This document shows, one piece after another, positions 1 through 9,025 of a stretch of DNA of 54,246 bases. The stretch spans positions 1-54,246 of the forward strand of contig JBFRWI010000092.1 of NCBI GenBank assembly GCA_051439505.1. Direction: 5' to 3'. The DNA comes from Hormoscilla sp. GTDB lineage: Bacteria; Cyanobacteriota; Cyanobacteriia; Cyanobacteriales; Desertifilaceae. Under the pieces are notes generated by a model that made no database searches, was not told the DNA's origin, and worked only from the letters and a program-made list of their open reading frames with translations. Every line of letters begins with the position of its first letter. Positions within the stretch are counted from its first letter, which is position 1. The translations under genes were made by a program, and so were the position numbers.

Positions 1-365
1 GCTTCTTCTGCTCGATTATTAAAATTTTTCCCAAATGACCCTACTTGAGACTTAAATTCCATAGCTGCAACCAGAACTTGCTCATCTATTATGAGAATAT
101 CCCATTTTTTTTCAGGACGAAAGTACCCAGGTAATTCCAGTGCTTTTGAATGAAAGATACAGTCTTCTGATATCCCCTTTTCTCGCGCAATTATTACCGT
201 AAGTTCCTCAAAAGCCGCCATTTGTTTACCACCAGTGACAGATGCTCTACCAAGGGATTGAGCATCACTCTTACTGCTTGCCTTTTGTTCTTGGTTTCTG
301 CGCGTATCCCAAAAATATTTTACGGCGTCTTCAATAAGTTTGTCGAGATTGTCTAGTACAGTCAT
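1..365 (-). CDS. XhoI/PaeR7I-family type II restriction endonuclease (3' end outside window)
   Basis: Not in the ORF track. Hand translation from the ATG at 365 gives MTVLDNLDKLIEDAVKYFWDTRRNQ...VTGGKQM...LPGYFRPEKKWDILI...EFKSQVGSFGKNFNNRAEEA, which carries the XhoI-family signature motifs. The start overlaps the MTase stop (ATGA). Confidence 0.85.
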   Translation of the reverse strand, partial: MTVLDNLDKLIEDAVKYFWDTRRNQEQKASSKSDAQSLGRASVTGGKQMAAFEELTVIIAREKGISEDCIFHSKALELPGYFRPEKKWDILIIDEQVLVAAMEFKSQVGSFGKNFNNRAEE

Positions 366-1663
366 TTTGTTAATAAAACCATATCTTCAAAGTAAATCTT
401 TCCTTTCTTGTATTGGTTAGATTTTGTATTCACATGTGCCATGTGACCGCGAATAATTTCTCGATTGACAATTTCACTCTTGACTCCTAAATTATTACCC
501 ATCTCTACGTAAATATCACCAAGCTTGATTTCATGCTCCTTAAAATAGGAAGATTGAACCACTATAATGGCTCGTGCATTATGCTTCAAGACTCTGATAA
601 TTTCTCTTAGAGACAATTCAATATCTCGGAAATACTGAAGCATATTAGGTAGGTAGTAGGAGGTCGCGGCTTTACTCCCATGTTTCTGTACGTTTTCTAG
701 CAACTGTAAACAAGTTTTACCCCAGGTGGAATTAATTTTGATAGATTTGTCTACGATCACAGGAGCCCCAATAGTGTTTTCCCTGATTTTTCTCAAAGTT
801 TGAGGGTCGAACATAATCAGAAGTTCCGGTCTCGTTGACATGGCGTAATCAATTCGCGTTAAATATGGAGGAGATGTTATCACTGCATCGATCGCATCGT
901 CTGGAAGGCAAAGATTGCGAGAGTCTGCTAAAAGTGGTAAATGCAAGATGGGATCTGTTATAGTAATCGAAGATAAATCTAAATCCCGAATCATCGAACG
1001 GGCAACTCTCTTAAATTCCGAGATAAGATCTGTTTCCCTTACCTCGGGTTTTTCCGATTGAGTTTTCACCCAAGTTGGGTTAGAACCACCTTTGTATCCA
1101 GCCAAATTACGGGCGGTTATAAATAATGCTGCTTTGAAAAATGCCTGAAAAGGATTGAGTTGAATTTTATCGGTGACAATCATTTTTAAGATTGCTCGCG
1201 ATAAGTGAGGTTCGGGATACTCTTGTGAATGAACGATCGCATATAACTTCCGAATCCCCCAGGAGAGGCTTGCAGACATAAAATCTCTCAGGGGGTCTGG
1301 GGTGGGGATTGAAATATCAAGGCTTTTACAGGTAATCTTTTGGGATAGTTCTGCTAGTAAATGTTTTTGGCCGAGCAAATAACCGCTCTTAGCATAGGCA
1401 AATACATTCATTACAGGATTGATTTCACATCCCAGGGTTGCTATTTCCCACCCCTGAGCAACCAGTCCTGTCGTGCCGCTGCCATTCCAAGGATCCAGCA
1501 GTAGAGGAGAGGAAGTAGAGTTAAGCTTTAGATAGGCGATCGCCGATGAAACAAAGGCTTCACTATAGCCAGCATAATAGGGATGCCAAGCATGTACCCC
1601 CATTCGTTCTTTGGGGCTGCGTTTAGCACTGGCCAAGGTGGGAAAAAGAGAAGTTTGCAGCAT
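362..1663 (-). CDS. Amino-DNA methyltransferase, probably N4-cytosine, alpha motif order
   Basis: N-terminal HxWHPYYAGYS; motif I LLDPWNGSGTT precedes catalytic ITSPPY. Translationally coupled to the REase. The start is uncertain because the ORF is open to 1717. Confidence 0.85.
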   Translation of the reverse strand: MLQTSLFPTLASAKRSPKERMGVHAWHPYYAGYSEAFVSSAIAYLKLNSTSSPLLLDPWNGSGTTGLVAQGWEIATLGCEINPVMNVFAYAKSGYLLGQKHLLAELSQKITCKSLDISIPTPDPLRDFMSASLSWGIRKLYAIVHSQEYPEPHLSRAILKMIVTDKIQLNPFQAFFKAALFITARNLAGYKGGSNPTWVKTQSEKPEVRETDLISEFKRVARSMIRDLDLSSITITDPILHLPLLADSRNLCLPDDAIDAVITSPPYLTRIDYAMSTRPELLIMFDPQTLRKIRENTIGAPVIVDKSIKINSTWGKTCLQLLENVQKHGSKAATSYYLPNMLQYFRDIELSLREIIRVLKHNARAIIVVQSSYFKEHEIKLGDIYVEMGNNLGVKSEIVNREIIRGHMAHVNTKSNQYKKGKIYFEDMVLLTK

Positions 1664-1726
1664 TGTCGGGTGTGGTCTTGCACCAGTTGGCATGTAAAAA
1701 GTTCGGGGGGATCCCACGAGAGGGGT

Positions 1727-1793
1727 CAGAAACCGGGTTTCTTAATTAAATTGTCGCTTTGGCGCCAGATTTTGTCGCAGAAACCCGGTTTCT
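1727..1793. repeat. AGAAACC(C)GG(G)TTTCT palindrome doublet (dispersed family)
   Basis: Other doublets at about 8967, 21302, 28269, 29416, 32215, 47759 and 51752. Confidence 0.8.
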
Positions 1794-1822
1794 TGTCAGT
1801 TTACTGGCGGACCGAGTGCTTG

Positions 1823-3013
1823 TCAGCTGCGATCGCCTGTCGGCGATCGCAGCAAAAAGCCAGCGGTTAGGGCCACAAAAGCAGCAGCATAAAAAACCCA
1901 TTCTATTGTGCCCAGTTCCAGGACGGGTCCCAGCAAAACCGGAGAGATGAACTGACCCAAAAAACCCGCTCCCGTGCCCGCAGCTAAAACGCTCGATCGC
2001 AGTTCTTTGGGAGAGCAGTCAGCTAAACTATTATAGAGAGTAGGCAGAGCAATGCCAAAGCCCGCGCCAAAGCTAATCGCAGCAACTAAGATCCAGTGGA
2101 GTTGATGCAAGAAAGGAATGCTGACCAAAGTCATCGCCATCAGCAGCAAACCAACCCCGATCGCCTTTTTGGGCCCCAAACGCGAAGCCAACTGTCTGGC
2201 ACCAAAAGCAGAGATAAAAGCAGCCCCCAGGGCGCGGGATGCTAACACCATCCCATTCATCAAAGCCCCCAATTCCAGGGTTTGCTTGAGATAAATGGGA
2301 GCATAGATGACCACAGCATACATGGCTACAGAAGTTAAAGCCACACTCAGCAATAGCCGCCAGGTTTGGGGATGTTTCAAGACTTGCAGCAGTTGCTGAT
2401 TGCTCTGGGTTTGGGACTTGTCAGAAGGCTGCCGCACGATATTATTATGAGTAGGGAAAACCGCGATCGCTAACAGAGCGAGGGGCAATGCTAAACCATA
2501 GAGTAAAAAAGCCATTCGCCAATTACTGGCTCCCACCCAGCCCCCCAGGGCCGGAAACAGGATCCCCGTAATGGTCAGGGTACTGGTAGCATAGCCCAGG
2601 ACCCGCGATCGGGCCTCACCTTCATACATCCGCCCCAGCAACCCCAGACTCGCCGCCGCCAGACCCCCGCTGGCCGCCCCCAACAGGGCCCGCGTCGCCA
2701 GCAGTGGCTCAAAACTATCTATCCAGGCCCCGGCCATGCCAAAGATAGCATATAATACCAGGGAAGGCACCAGCACTCGCACTGGACCAATCCGGTCTGC
2801 TAAAATACCTAGGGGGGGGCTGAACAGGGCGATGGTCAAGCAATGTATACTGACCAAATTGCCAGCTACCGCAGGATCGAACTGGAGTTGTCCGATGACA
2901 TCCGGTAACACCGGGGCCACCACACCCCCCGCCATCGTGGTCAGGGAACCAGCCACCAGCAGCACTGGCAGTCGCAAGCGGGTGGACCAAAAACTTTTGT
3001 GCAAAGTCAGCAT
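1823..3013 (-). CDS. MFS transporter
   Basis: About 12 hydrophobic segments; motif A GILADRIGPVRV. Confidence 0.9.
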   Translation of the reverse strand: MLTLHKSFWSTRLRLPVLLVAGSLTTMAGGVVAPVLPDVIGQLQFDPAVAGNLVSIHCLTIALFSPPLGILADRIGPVRVLVPSLVLYAIFGMAGAWIDSFEPLLATRALLGAASGGLAAASLGLLGRMYEGEARSRVLGYATSTLTITGILFPALGGWVGASNWRMAFLLYGLALPLALLAIAVFPTHNNIVRQPSDKSQTQSNQQLLQVLKHPQTWRLLLSVALTSVAMYAVVIYAPIYLKQTLELGALMNGMVLASRALGAAFISAFGARQLASRLGPKKAIGVGLLLMAMTLVSIPFLHQLHWILVAAISFGAGFGIALPTLYNSLADCSPKELRSSVLAAGTGAGFLGQFISPVLLGPVLELGTIEWVFYAAAFVALTAGFLLRSPTGDRS

Positions 3014-3179
3014 TATACCTAATAACTATCAGAACAATTAATCTGTAAACTTAAATTTAGATGATGGCATCAATGGCATTAAGTTTCATATATACCCTCA
3101 CTTCATTGGGCAACTGACAAGATCTGAGGTAAGATCCGACCTTGAACCCATAGATAATTAATATTCAGGAGAATTTGGG

Positions 3180-4262
3180 ATGGAACTGGCTACAACCCTG
3201 AAAAGCCAGACGATCGGCAATCACGTGCGCGAAGTTGGCATCAACCCCAATTACTGGTATCCCGTAGCTTGGGTACACCAGTTAAAACCAGGTCAGGTGA
3301 TGCCAGTGGTGGTTTGGCAACAGCCGATCGCCCTCTACCGGGACAGCAACGGCGGACTCCACGCCCTAGAGGATGCTTGTCCCCACAAAGGGGTCGCCCT
3401 CCATAAAGGTCAAGTGTCGAGCGAAGGAAACCTCTTGTGTCCCTATCACGGGTGGGAATTGAACGGGGAAGGCCAATGCGTCAACATCCCCTACCTACCC
3501 AAAGACCAAAAATTGCCCTGCGCCCAAGCCCGCAGCTATCCAGTTCGGGAAAAATATAACATCATCTGGATTTTTCCGGGCGATCGCGCCCTTTCTGAAA
3601 CGGTGGATCTGCCGCCAGTGCCAGAGTCGGAGGACCCCAACTGGTTGATGGTGGAAATTCCGGCCCACTTTCAAGCCCATTTTTCCATCTGCAACGAAAA
3701 TACGATGGATGTCTTCCACGGGTTTTTACACAAAAACTTAAATGGCTGGTTCGACCCGGTGCTGATCGACTTGAAACAATCAGACGGACGAGTCCGCGCT
3801 GACTATAAGGTATCCTATCAAGGTTGGTTGACTAAATTTATCGGCATCAGCTCTACGGGATCTGGGATCACCACCCGTACCGTCAGCATTGACTACCAGT
3901 ACCCTCACTATCACACAACTCTGGGGAAGGTGTCCTCCCTGTACCTGATGCGACTGCCCGTGGGGCCTGCGGAAACCAGGTCTTTTTCCCTGATGTTTCT
4001 GCAGTTGCGCCTGCCCAAATGGCTGCTAGGACCGGTCAAACCCCTAGTATCTAAGCTAGTCTGGCGCTTCTTGTTCAGGCCATTTCTCCACCAAGATATC
4101 CAGATGATCGAAAGCGAACAGCGTACCTATCTGGCTAACAAGAGGCGGCGCTATGTGGAAATTAACCCAGCCATTATCGCCCTCCAGCGGGTGATTGTCC
4201 GACAGTACGAACAATATATGCAACAATCATCTGTGACCGGAAACGGCACTGGTGACTTGTGA
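3180..4262 (+). CDS. Rieske [2Fe-2S] non-heme iron oxygenase (VanA/KshA-like alpha subunit)
   Basis: Rieske ligands CPHKG...CPYHGW; mononuclear iron motif ENTMDVFHGFLH plus a distal D (HQDIQMIE). Confidence 0.92.
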   Translation: MELATTLKSQTIGNHVREVGINPNYWYPVAWVHQLKPGQVMPVVVWQQPIALYRDSNGGLHALEDACPHKGVALHKGQVSSEGNLLCPYHGWELNGEGQCVNIPYLPKDQKLPCAQARSYPVREKYNIIWIFPGDRALSETVDLPPVPESEDPNWLMVEIPAHFQAHFSICNENTMDVFHGFLHKNLNGWFDPVLIDLKQSDGRVRADYKVSYQGWLTKFIGISSTGSGITTRTVSIDYQYPHYHTTLGKVSSLYLMRLPVGPAETRSFSLMFLQLRLPKWLLGPVKPLVSKLVWRFLFRPFLHQDIQMIESEQRTYLANKRRRYVEINPAIIALQRVIVRQYEQYMQQSSVTGNGTGDL

Positions 4263-4298
4263 AACGGGAATGGTGAGGAGCAGTAGAGGAGTAAATTT

Positions 4299-5588
4299 GT
4301 GCAAGTTGTTAAAGAGTATGTTCAGCAGCTTCGGAACGTCGGGCTTTATCCCGATAAGTATATTTGTCATGGCAAGCAGGGGAATATAGTTGATCTCGAA
4401 GATCCCGAGACAGGCACGCGGCGCCGCGTTCTCACCTTCTGCACAAACGATGTCTTGGGTTTAGTTCAGGAAGAGGCAGTCAAGCAAGCGGCCATAGATG
4501 CCATTCTCCAATATGGCACTTCCAATAGTTCTACCTCGGTGTTGAGCGGTCGCATCGACCTGCACAGACAGTTGGAGGAGGAAATATCGGCTTTCAAGCA
4601 TCTGCCCCACACGCAGCTATTCTTAAATGCCTGGATGGCAATGCAAGCCTTGATGGATGCTTTCTGTCACTTGGCGATGCCGGTTCCCGGTTTTCAACAT
4701 ACCCGCGAGACGTTAATACTTACCGATGTACTCAACCACGGTTGTATCGTATCGGCGGTGGTGAATGCGAACACCCGTTCGGGCAAGGTGTTCGGTCACT
4801 CTCCGGAGGTGCGGGTGAAACCCTACCGTCACTGCGATGTGCAGGATCTGGCCCGCAAACTCCGCCGCTATGTCAAACGGGGCGATCGGGTAATGGTGAT
4901 TTCCGATGCGGTGTTTTCAATGGACGGGGATATCGCCCCCTTACCGGAAATGCTAGATGTAATGGAAAATTATCCGGGCAGCGTCCTGGTGATGGATGAG
5001 GCCCATGCTAGCGGGGCGATCGGGCCTACGGGTAGAGGGATTTACGAACATTTTGGCATCTTACCTCAAGATGCGATCGCCCGGGATGTGGTGCCGATCA
5101 TCATGACCACCTTCTCTAAGTTTGCCGCCTCAGCGGGGGCCGCAATTAGTTCTGACCTGCCCGAACTGATCGATCTGCTGGATGTCTCGCCTACTTCCAT
5201 CGGCACCATTTCTCTGCCTGCGCCGACTACCGCCGCTGCTTTAGAGAGTATCCGTCAAGTGCGTCAGTTTCCGAGTCGGGTAAAAACTCTCCAGGAAAAT
5301 ACGCGCTACTTGCGATCGCGCCTGCTAGAAGCTAATTTCCACCCTATTGGCGAAACCAACGTCATTCCCGTACTGATGCCAGCAGAACTCGATCCGAAAG
5401 AATTTGGCAGACAAATGCTGGAAAAGCACGGAATTTGGATTTCTCCCATCTGGTTTATTGCCAAACCCCGCCTGCGCATTACTGCTAATGCCCTCCATAC
5501 TCGCGAGGATATAGATTGTCTGATCGAGGCCATGATCGCAGTGCGAGATGCTATAATTACACCCAAAACCATGATTTCTGCTGGCTAA
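4299..5588 (+). CDS. PLP-dependent alpha-oxoamine synthase (serine palmitoyltransferase/BioF/KBL fold)
   Basis: Motifs FCTNDVLGL, LNHGCI, SDAVFSMDGD, DEAHASG, TTFSK (PLP lysine) and PRLRIT. GTG start preceded by GAGGAG. Confidence 0.9.
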   Translation: MQVVKEYVQQLRNVGLYPDKYICHGKQGNIVDLEDPETGTRRRVLTFCTNDVLGLVQEEAVKQAAIDAILQYGTSNSSTSVLSGRIDLHRQLEEEISAFKHLPHTQLFLNAWMAMQALMDAFCHLAMPVPGFQHTRETLILTDVLNHGCIVSAVVNANTRSGKVFGHSPEVRVKPYRHCDVQDLARKLRRYVKRGDRVMVISDAVFSMDGDIAPLPEMLDVMENYPGSVLVMDEAHASGAIGPTGRGIYEHFGILPQDAIARDVVPIIMTTFSKFAASAGAAISSDLPELIDLLDVSPTSIGTISLPAPTTAAALESIRQVRQFPSRVKTLQENTRYLRSRLLEANFHPIGETNVIPVLMPAELDPKEFGRQMLEKHGIWISPIWFIAKPRLRITANALHTREDIDCLIEAMIAVRDAIITPKTMISAG

Positions 5589-5615
5589 TTGTCAATAACC
5601 AATAGCTAATAGCAA

Positions 5616-6743
5616 ATGACTGACTTCACTATCCAAGCGGTTACTACCCCAGCAGACCGGGAATTATTTCTGGATGTGCCAGTTCGGGTATATAAAAACG
5701 ATCCGAACTGGGTGCCGCCCCTGCGCAGTGCGATCGCCAAGCAGCTTTCTGAGACAAACCCATTCTTTGAGTACGGTCAACTGCAACAATTTATTGCCCT
5801 CTCGGGAGGGCAACCCCTAGGGCGGATAGTCGCTGCTATTAATCTTCGACTAATAGAACGGGAAGGCAAGCAAGTAGGTCTGTTTGGTTTTTTTGAATGC
5901 GTGGAAGATTTCAATATTGCCTCGGCCCTGTTAGAAACAGCTGGCCAATGGTTGCGCGATCGGGGGATGCGGGTGGCCCGGGGCCCGATCGACCTGTCAA
6001 CCCACAACAATTGTTTATTCTTGGTGGATGGGTTTGAATCTCCACCAACGATGATGATGCCTTACAACCCGCCTTACTATCCAGAATATCTGGTCAGAGA
6101 TGGGTGGCAAAAAGCCAAGGATGCCTATGCCTATGACTTTGATGTGGCCAAACCTCTAGACCCCAAATTTGAAAAGGGCTATCGCATTGCTTGTCAGTCG
6201 GGCATTACTTTCCGCCCCATCCGCACCAAAGGTGAAGGTTTTCAGCAAGACTGCCGCAGTCTATATCATCTGTTTACCACATGCTTTGCCCCGAATTGGA
6301 GTTCGACCCCGCGCACAGAGGCAGAGTTTCTGGAAGAAGCGCAGGATCTGCAAGAGATAGTGGATCCAGATCTCTTTCCGGTGGCGGAAGATAAGGGGAA
6401 AATGATCGGCTTTTGGATGGGGCTACCAGACTACAACATCGCCCTCAAACATGTCAATGGGAAGCTAAACTGGCTGGGCATATTAAAATTTCTCTGGTAT
6501 CGTCGTCAGATCGACCAAGCAAGAGTGCCTGCCATGTCTTCCCTACCAGAATATCGCCGGAAAATGGTGCCCCTGGCTTTAATTTATCTGGGGATGCAAG
6601 GGGGCAGCAAAAAGGGGAAACCTTACAAGAGGGCAGAATTATCCTGGATCTTAGAAGATAACATGGCCTCCCGCAAGCTGATCGAAGCATCAGGTGGGAA
6701 AATCTATAAAACCTATCGCATCTACGAAAAGGATTTATCGTAA
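5616..6743 (+). CDS. YghO-like tandem GNAT protein, resembling bacterial ceramide synthase bCerS
   Basis: Motifs DPNWVPPL, GRIVAAIN, GLFGFFE, RGPIDLS, MMPYNPPYY, LPDYN, ELSWILEDN and YKTYRIYEK are typical of this family. Confidence 0.8.
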   Translation: MTDFTIQAVTTPADRELFLDVPVRVYKNDPNWVPPLRSAIAKQLSETNPFFEYGQLQQFIALSGGQPLGRIVAAINLRLIEREGKQVGLFGFFECVEDFNIASALLETAGQWLRDRGMRVARGPIDLSTHNNCLFLVDGFESPPTMMMPYNPPYYPEYLVRDGWQKAKDAYAYDFDVAKPLDPKFEKGYRIACQSGITFRPIRTKGEGFQQDCRSLYHLFTTCFAPNWSSTPRTEAEFLEEAQDLQEIVDPDLFPVAEDKGKMIGFWMGLPDYNIALKHVNGKLNWLGILKFLWYRRQIDQARVPAMSSLPEYRRKMVPLALIYLGMQGGSKKGKPYKRAELSWILEDNMASRKLIEASGGKIYKTYRIYEKDLS

Positions 6744-6790
6744 TACAGGTTGAAACCAGTTAGTTAGCTGGAGATCGGAGTATCTGAAAA

Positions 6791-6948
6791 TGGCGTTGCA
6801 CAACGACGGGATGATAATAGAGCCACAAAAGCTTGTCATCGGAGGAAATCAATAGCTTATAATGAATTGTGACGACAAATAAAGCCAACAACTAACAACT
6901 GACAACTAACAACTAACAACTGACAACTATCATCCCCTGTGCAACTGA
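6791..6948. mobile_element. MITE-like element, copy 1 (contains AACTAAC/AACTGAC heptamers)
   Basis: Left end GGCGTTGCACAACGACGGGATGATA and right end TATCATCCCCTGTGCAAC form imperfect terminal inverted repeats. The same ends occur at 8008-8171 and 16966-17160. Confidence 0.6.
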
Positions 6949-6951
6949 AAA

Positions 6952-6987
6952 TAACTACGAACTACGAACTACGAACTACGAACTACT
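6952..6987 (+). repeat. Heptamer tandem repeat (AACTACG)x5, STRR-like
   Basis: Directly visible immediately before the ATG at 6989. Confidence 0.9.
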
Positions 6988-6988
6988 T

Positions 6989-7981
6989 ATGAAGGTACTG
7001 GTGACTGGAGCAAATGGATTTACTGGCTCTCACTTGGTGAAAGAGTTAGCTGCACGGGGTGATGAAGTAATAGGTTTGGTCCGCCAAACTAGCAATTTAC
7101 AGCGCCTCAGCGCGTGCCTGCAAGGTTGTCAAGTACAATTAGTTTACGGAGATATCACTGACAGAAAAGTACTAGAAGATGCGATCGCCTCTGTAGACTG
7201 GGTGTTTCATACGGCAGCATATGTAGAATTAGGGTTGGTTAATGCTGCCCAAATGGAAAAGGTAAATGTGGAGGGCACCCGCACGGTGTTAGAAGTGGCC
7301 AAAGCTGCTGGGGTGCAAAAGCTGGTTTATTGTAGCACGATCGGGGTCTTTGGGGACACGCAAGGAGAGGTGGTAAATGAAACTTTTATCAGGAAGCAGA
7401 AGGACTTTGCTTCAGCATACGATCGCACGAAATATCTAGCGCAACAGTTAGTGGATGAATTTGCCCAGCAGGGGTTGCCAGTAGTAAGCTTGTTACCATC
7501 GGGAATTATGGGTGGAGATGACCCCCATTTTGGTCCCGTAATTGCCCAATTTATGCAAGGAAAGTTAAAACTGTGGGCGGGGGGCGATCGCATCACGGGG
7601 ATAGTCCATGTTGACGATTTAGTCAAGGCCACTATCTTGGCAGCAGAAGGAGGAAAACAGGGAGAACATTATATAATTTCGGCTGGGGACTTGACAACCA
7701 GAGAAATGTTTGAGATCCTAAGTAAGGAGACGGGGATAAAAGTACCGGGGGAAGCTCCTAAACCGATAGTCAGATTGTTAGGAAATGTATTAGATCCCAT
7801 AGGAAGGCTGTTATCATGGCAGCCACCCCTGAGTCGGGAGCGAGTACATTATATATATGACAGGTGCGTGCGAGTGTCGGCGAGTAAAGCGCGTCAGGAA
7901 TTGGGTTGGCAACCCCGTTCGGTAGAAGAAACCCTGCGGGATATTGTCAAAGAGATGAAAGAAGCAGGAGATAGTATATAA
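6989..7981 (+). CDS. Extended SDR, NAD(P)-dependent epimerase/dehydratase/reductase (DFR/HpnA-like)
   Basis: Rossmann motif TGANGFTG, FHTAA, NVEGT and catalytic YDRTK. Confidence 0.92.
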   Translation: MKVLVTGANGFTGSHLVKELAARGDEVIGLVRQTSNLQRLSACLQGCQVQLVYGDITDRKVLEDAIASVDWVFHTAAYVELGLVNAAQMEKVNVEGTRTVLEVAKAAGVQKLVYCSTIGVFGDTQGEVVNETFIRKQKDFASAYDRTKYLAQQLVDEFAQQGLPVVSLLPSGIMGGDDPHFGPVIAQFMQGKLKLWAGGDRITGIVHVDDLVKATILAAEGGKQGEHYIISAGDLTTREMFEILSKETGIKVPGEAPKPIVRLLGNVLDPIGRLLSWQPPLSRERVHYIYDRCVRVSASKARQELGWQPRSVEETLRDIVKEMKEAGDSI

Positions 7982-8007
7982 TAATATTGCTATAAGATTC
8001 TTGTTTC

Positions 8008-8171
8008 GGCGTTGCACAACGACGGGATGATGAGGGCTGCTAATTGCTTATACGAAGTGCGCGACGCAGGAGCGCTATTGTCAATGGTTAATTGAGAACG
8101 TCATTTGTAGTAATGAATAGATAGCTTTACTCTTTTCAATTAGCAATTATCATCCCAAAAATGTGCAACTG
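8008..8171. mobile_element. MITE-like element, copy 2
   Basis: Ends are GGCGTTGCACAACGACGGGATGAT and ATCATCCCAAAAATGTGCAAC; the interior differs from copy 1. Confidence 0.6.
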
Positions 8172-8222
8172 TTTCTATAGCTGGACAGTGCGAAGTTCTC
8201 CAGTATTCACTAAGCCAGGAGA

Positions 8223-8879
8223 GTGCTGATGGATAGAGCAGTATTTTACAATGATGTTCGCAATGACTTGTTTGATGGAAAATTGAGTCAAAAGCAGGTC
8301 GATGGCATGGAAACAATCCTGAACTTTTGGGAAGATCCACCGGTGGAACCTGTTGATGAGTTTAAGGTCAACTGGGATATCCGTAGCATCGGATGGTTGG
8401 CCTACATGTTGGCGACAACCTACCACGAGACCGCATTTACAATGCAACCTATCGCCGAGTATGGAACTGTTGCATACTTCACAGACCTCTACGAAAATCG
8501 AGCTGACCTGGGCAACGATCGAGAGGGAGACGGTGCTAAGTTTCGGGGTCGGGGCTATGTTCAGATTACTGGACGTCGTAACTATACTAAAATGACGCCG
8601 ATCGTCCGTGAATTTTACCCCGACAGCCCTGATTTCACTGAACATCCAGAGGCAGTGATGGACGATAGATATGCAGCAGTCATCATGTTCTATGGCATGT
8701 TCTTGGGCATATTCACCGGTAAGGCTTTGAAAAACTACATCGGCGATCCAGAAAAAGGACAAATTGTTGATTACTACCATGCCAGAAAAATCATCAATGG
8801 TTTGGACCAGGCTGAAAAAATAGAGGGCTATGCCAAGAAATTCGGACAGGCTTTACACGACGCTGGGGCTGTTGTGTAG
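8223..8879 (+). CDS. Glycoside hydrolase family 19 (chitinase/endolysin-like)
   Basis: Motifs AYMLATTYHET (catalytic E), MQPIAEYG, FRGRGYVQITGRRNY and ARKIING. Confidence 0.88.
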   Translation: MLMDRAVFYNDVRNDLFDGKLSQKQVDGMETILNFWEDPPVEPVDEFKVNWDIRSIGWLAYMLATTYHETAFTMQPIAEYGTVAYFTDLYENRADLGNDREGDGAKFRGRGYVQITGRRNYTKMTPIVREFYPDSPDFTEHPEAVMDDRYAAVIMFYGMFLGIFTGKALKNYIGDPEKGQIVDYYHARKIINGLDQAEKIEGYAKKFGQALHDAGAVV

Positions 8880-9025
8880 AACAGGTATCGCGATCCTAGG
8901 GAGGAGATAGGTTTTATTTCCTCATAAGTGGGGCACTCAAACCTAATCCTTCACTGTCCCGTTATCAGAAACCCGGTAACTCCTGAGAAACCGGGTTTCT
9001 GGGTTAGAGAAAGATGCAATATAGT

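Noticed and set aside
4299..5588. Plain bioF annotation
   Set aside because: No bio genes are nearby, the motifs deviate, and the neighbours are a GNAT, an SDR and a Rieske oxygenase. The gene symbol is withheld.
8175..8780. 201-aa minus-strand ORF, and similar overlapping ORFs such as 52293-52931, 42445-42879 and 35485-35940
   Set aside because: These are antisense shadows of well-supported genes and carry no motifs.
8223..8879. Prophage, suggested by the GH19 lysin and the HTH gene at 37962
   Set aside because: There are no structural, integrase or replication genes, and the two genes are 29 kb apart among host genes.
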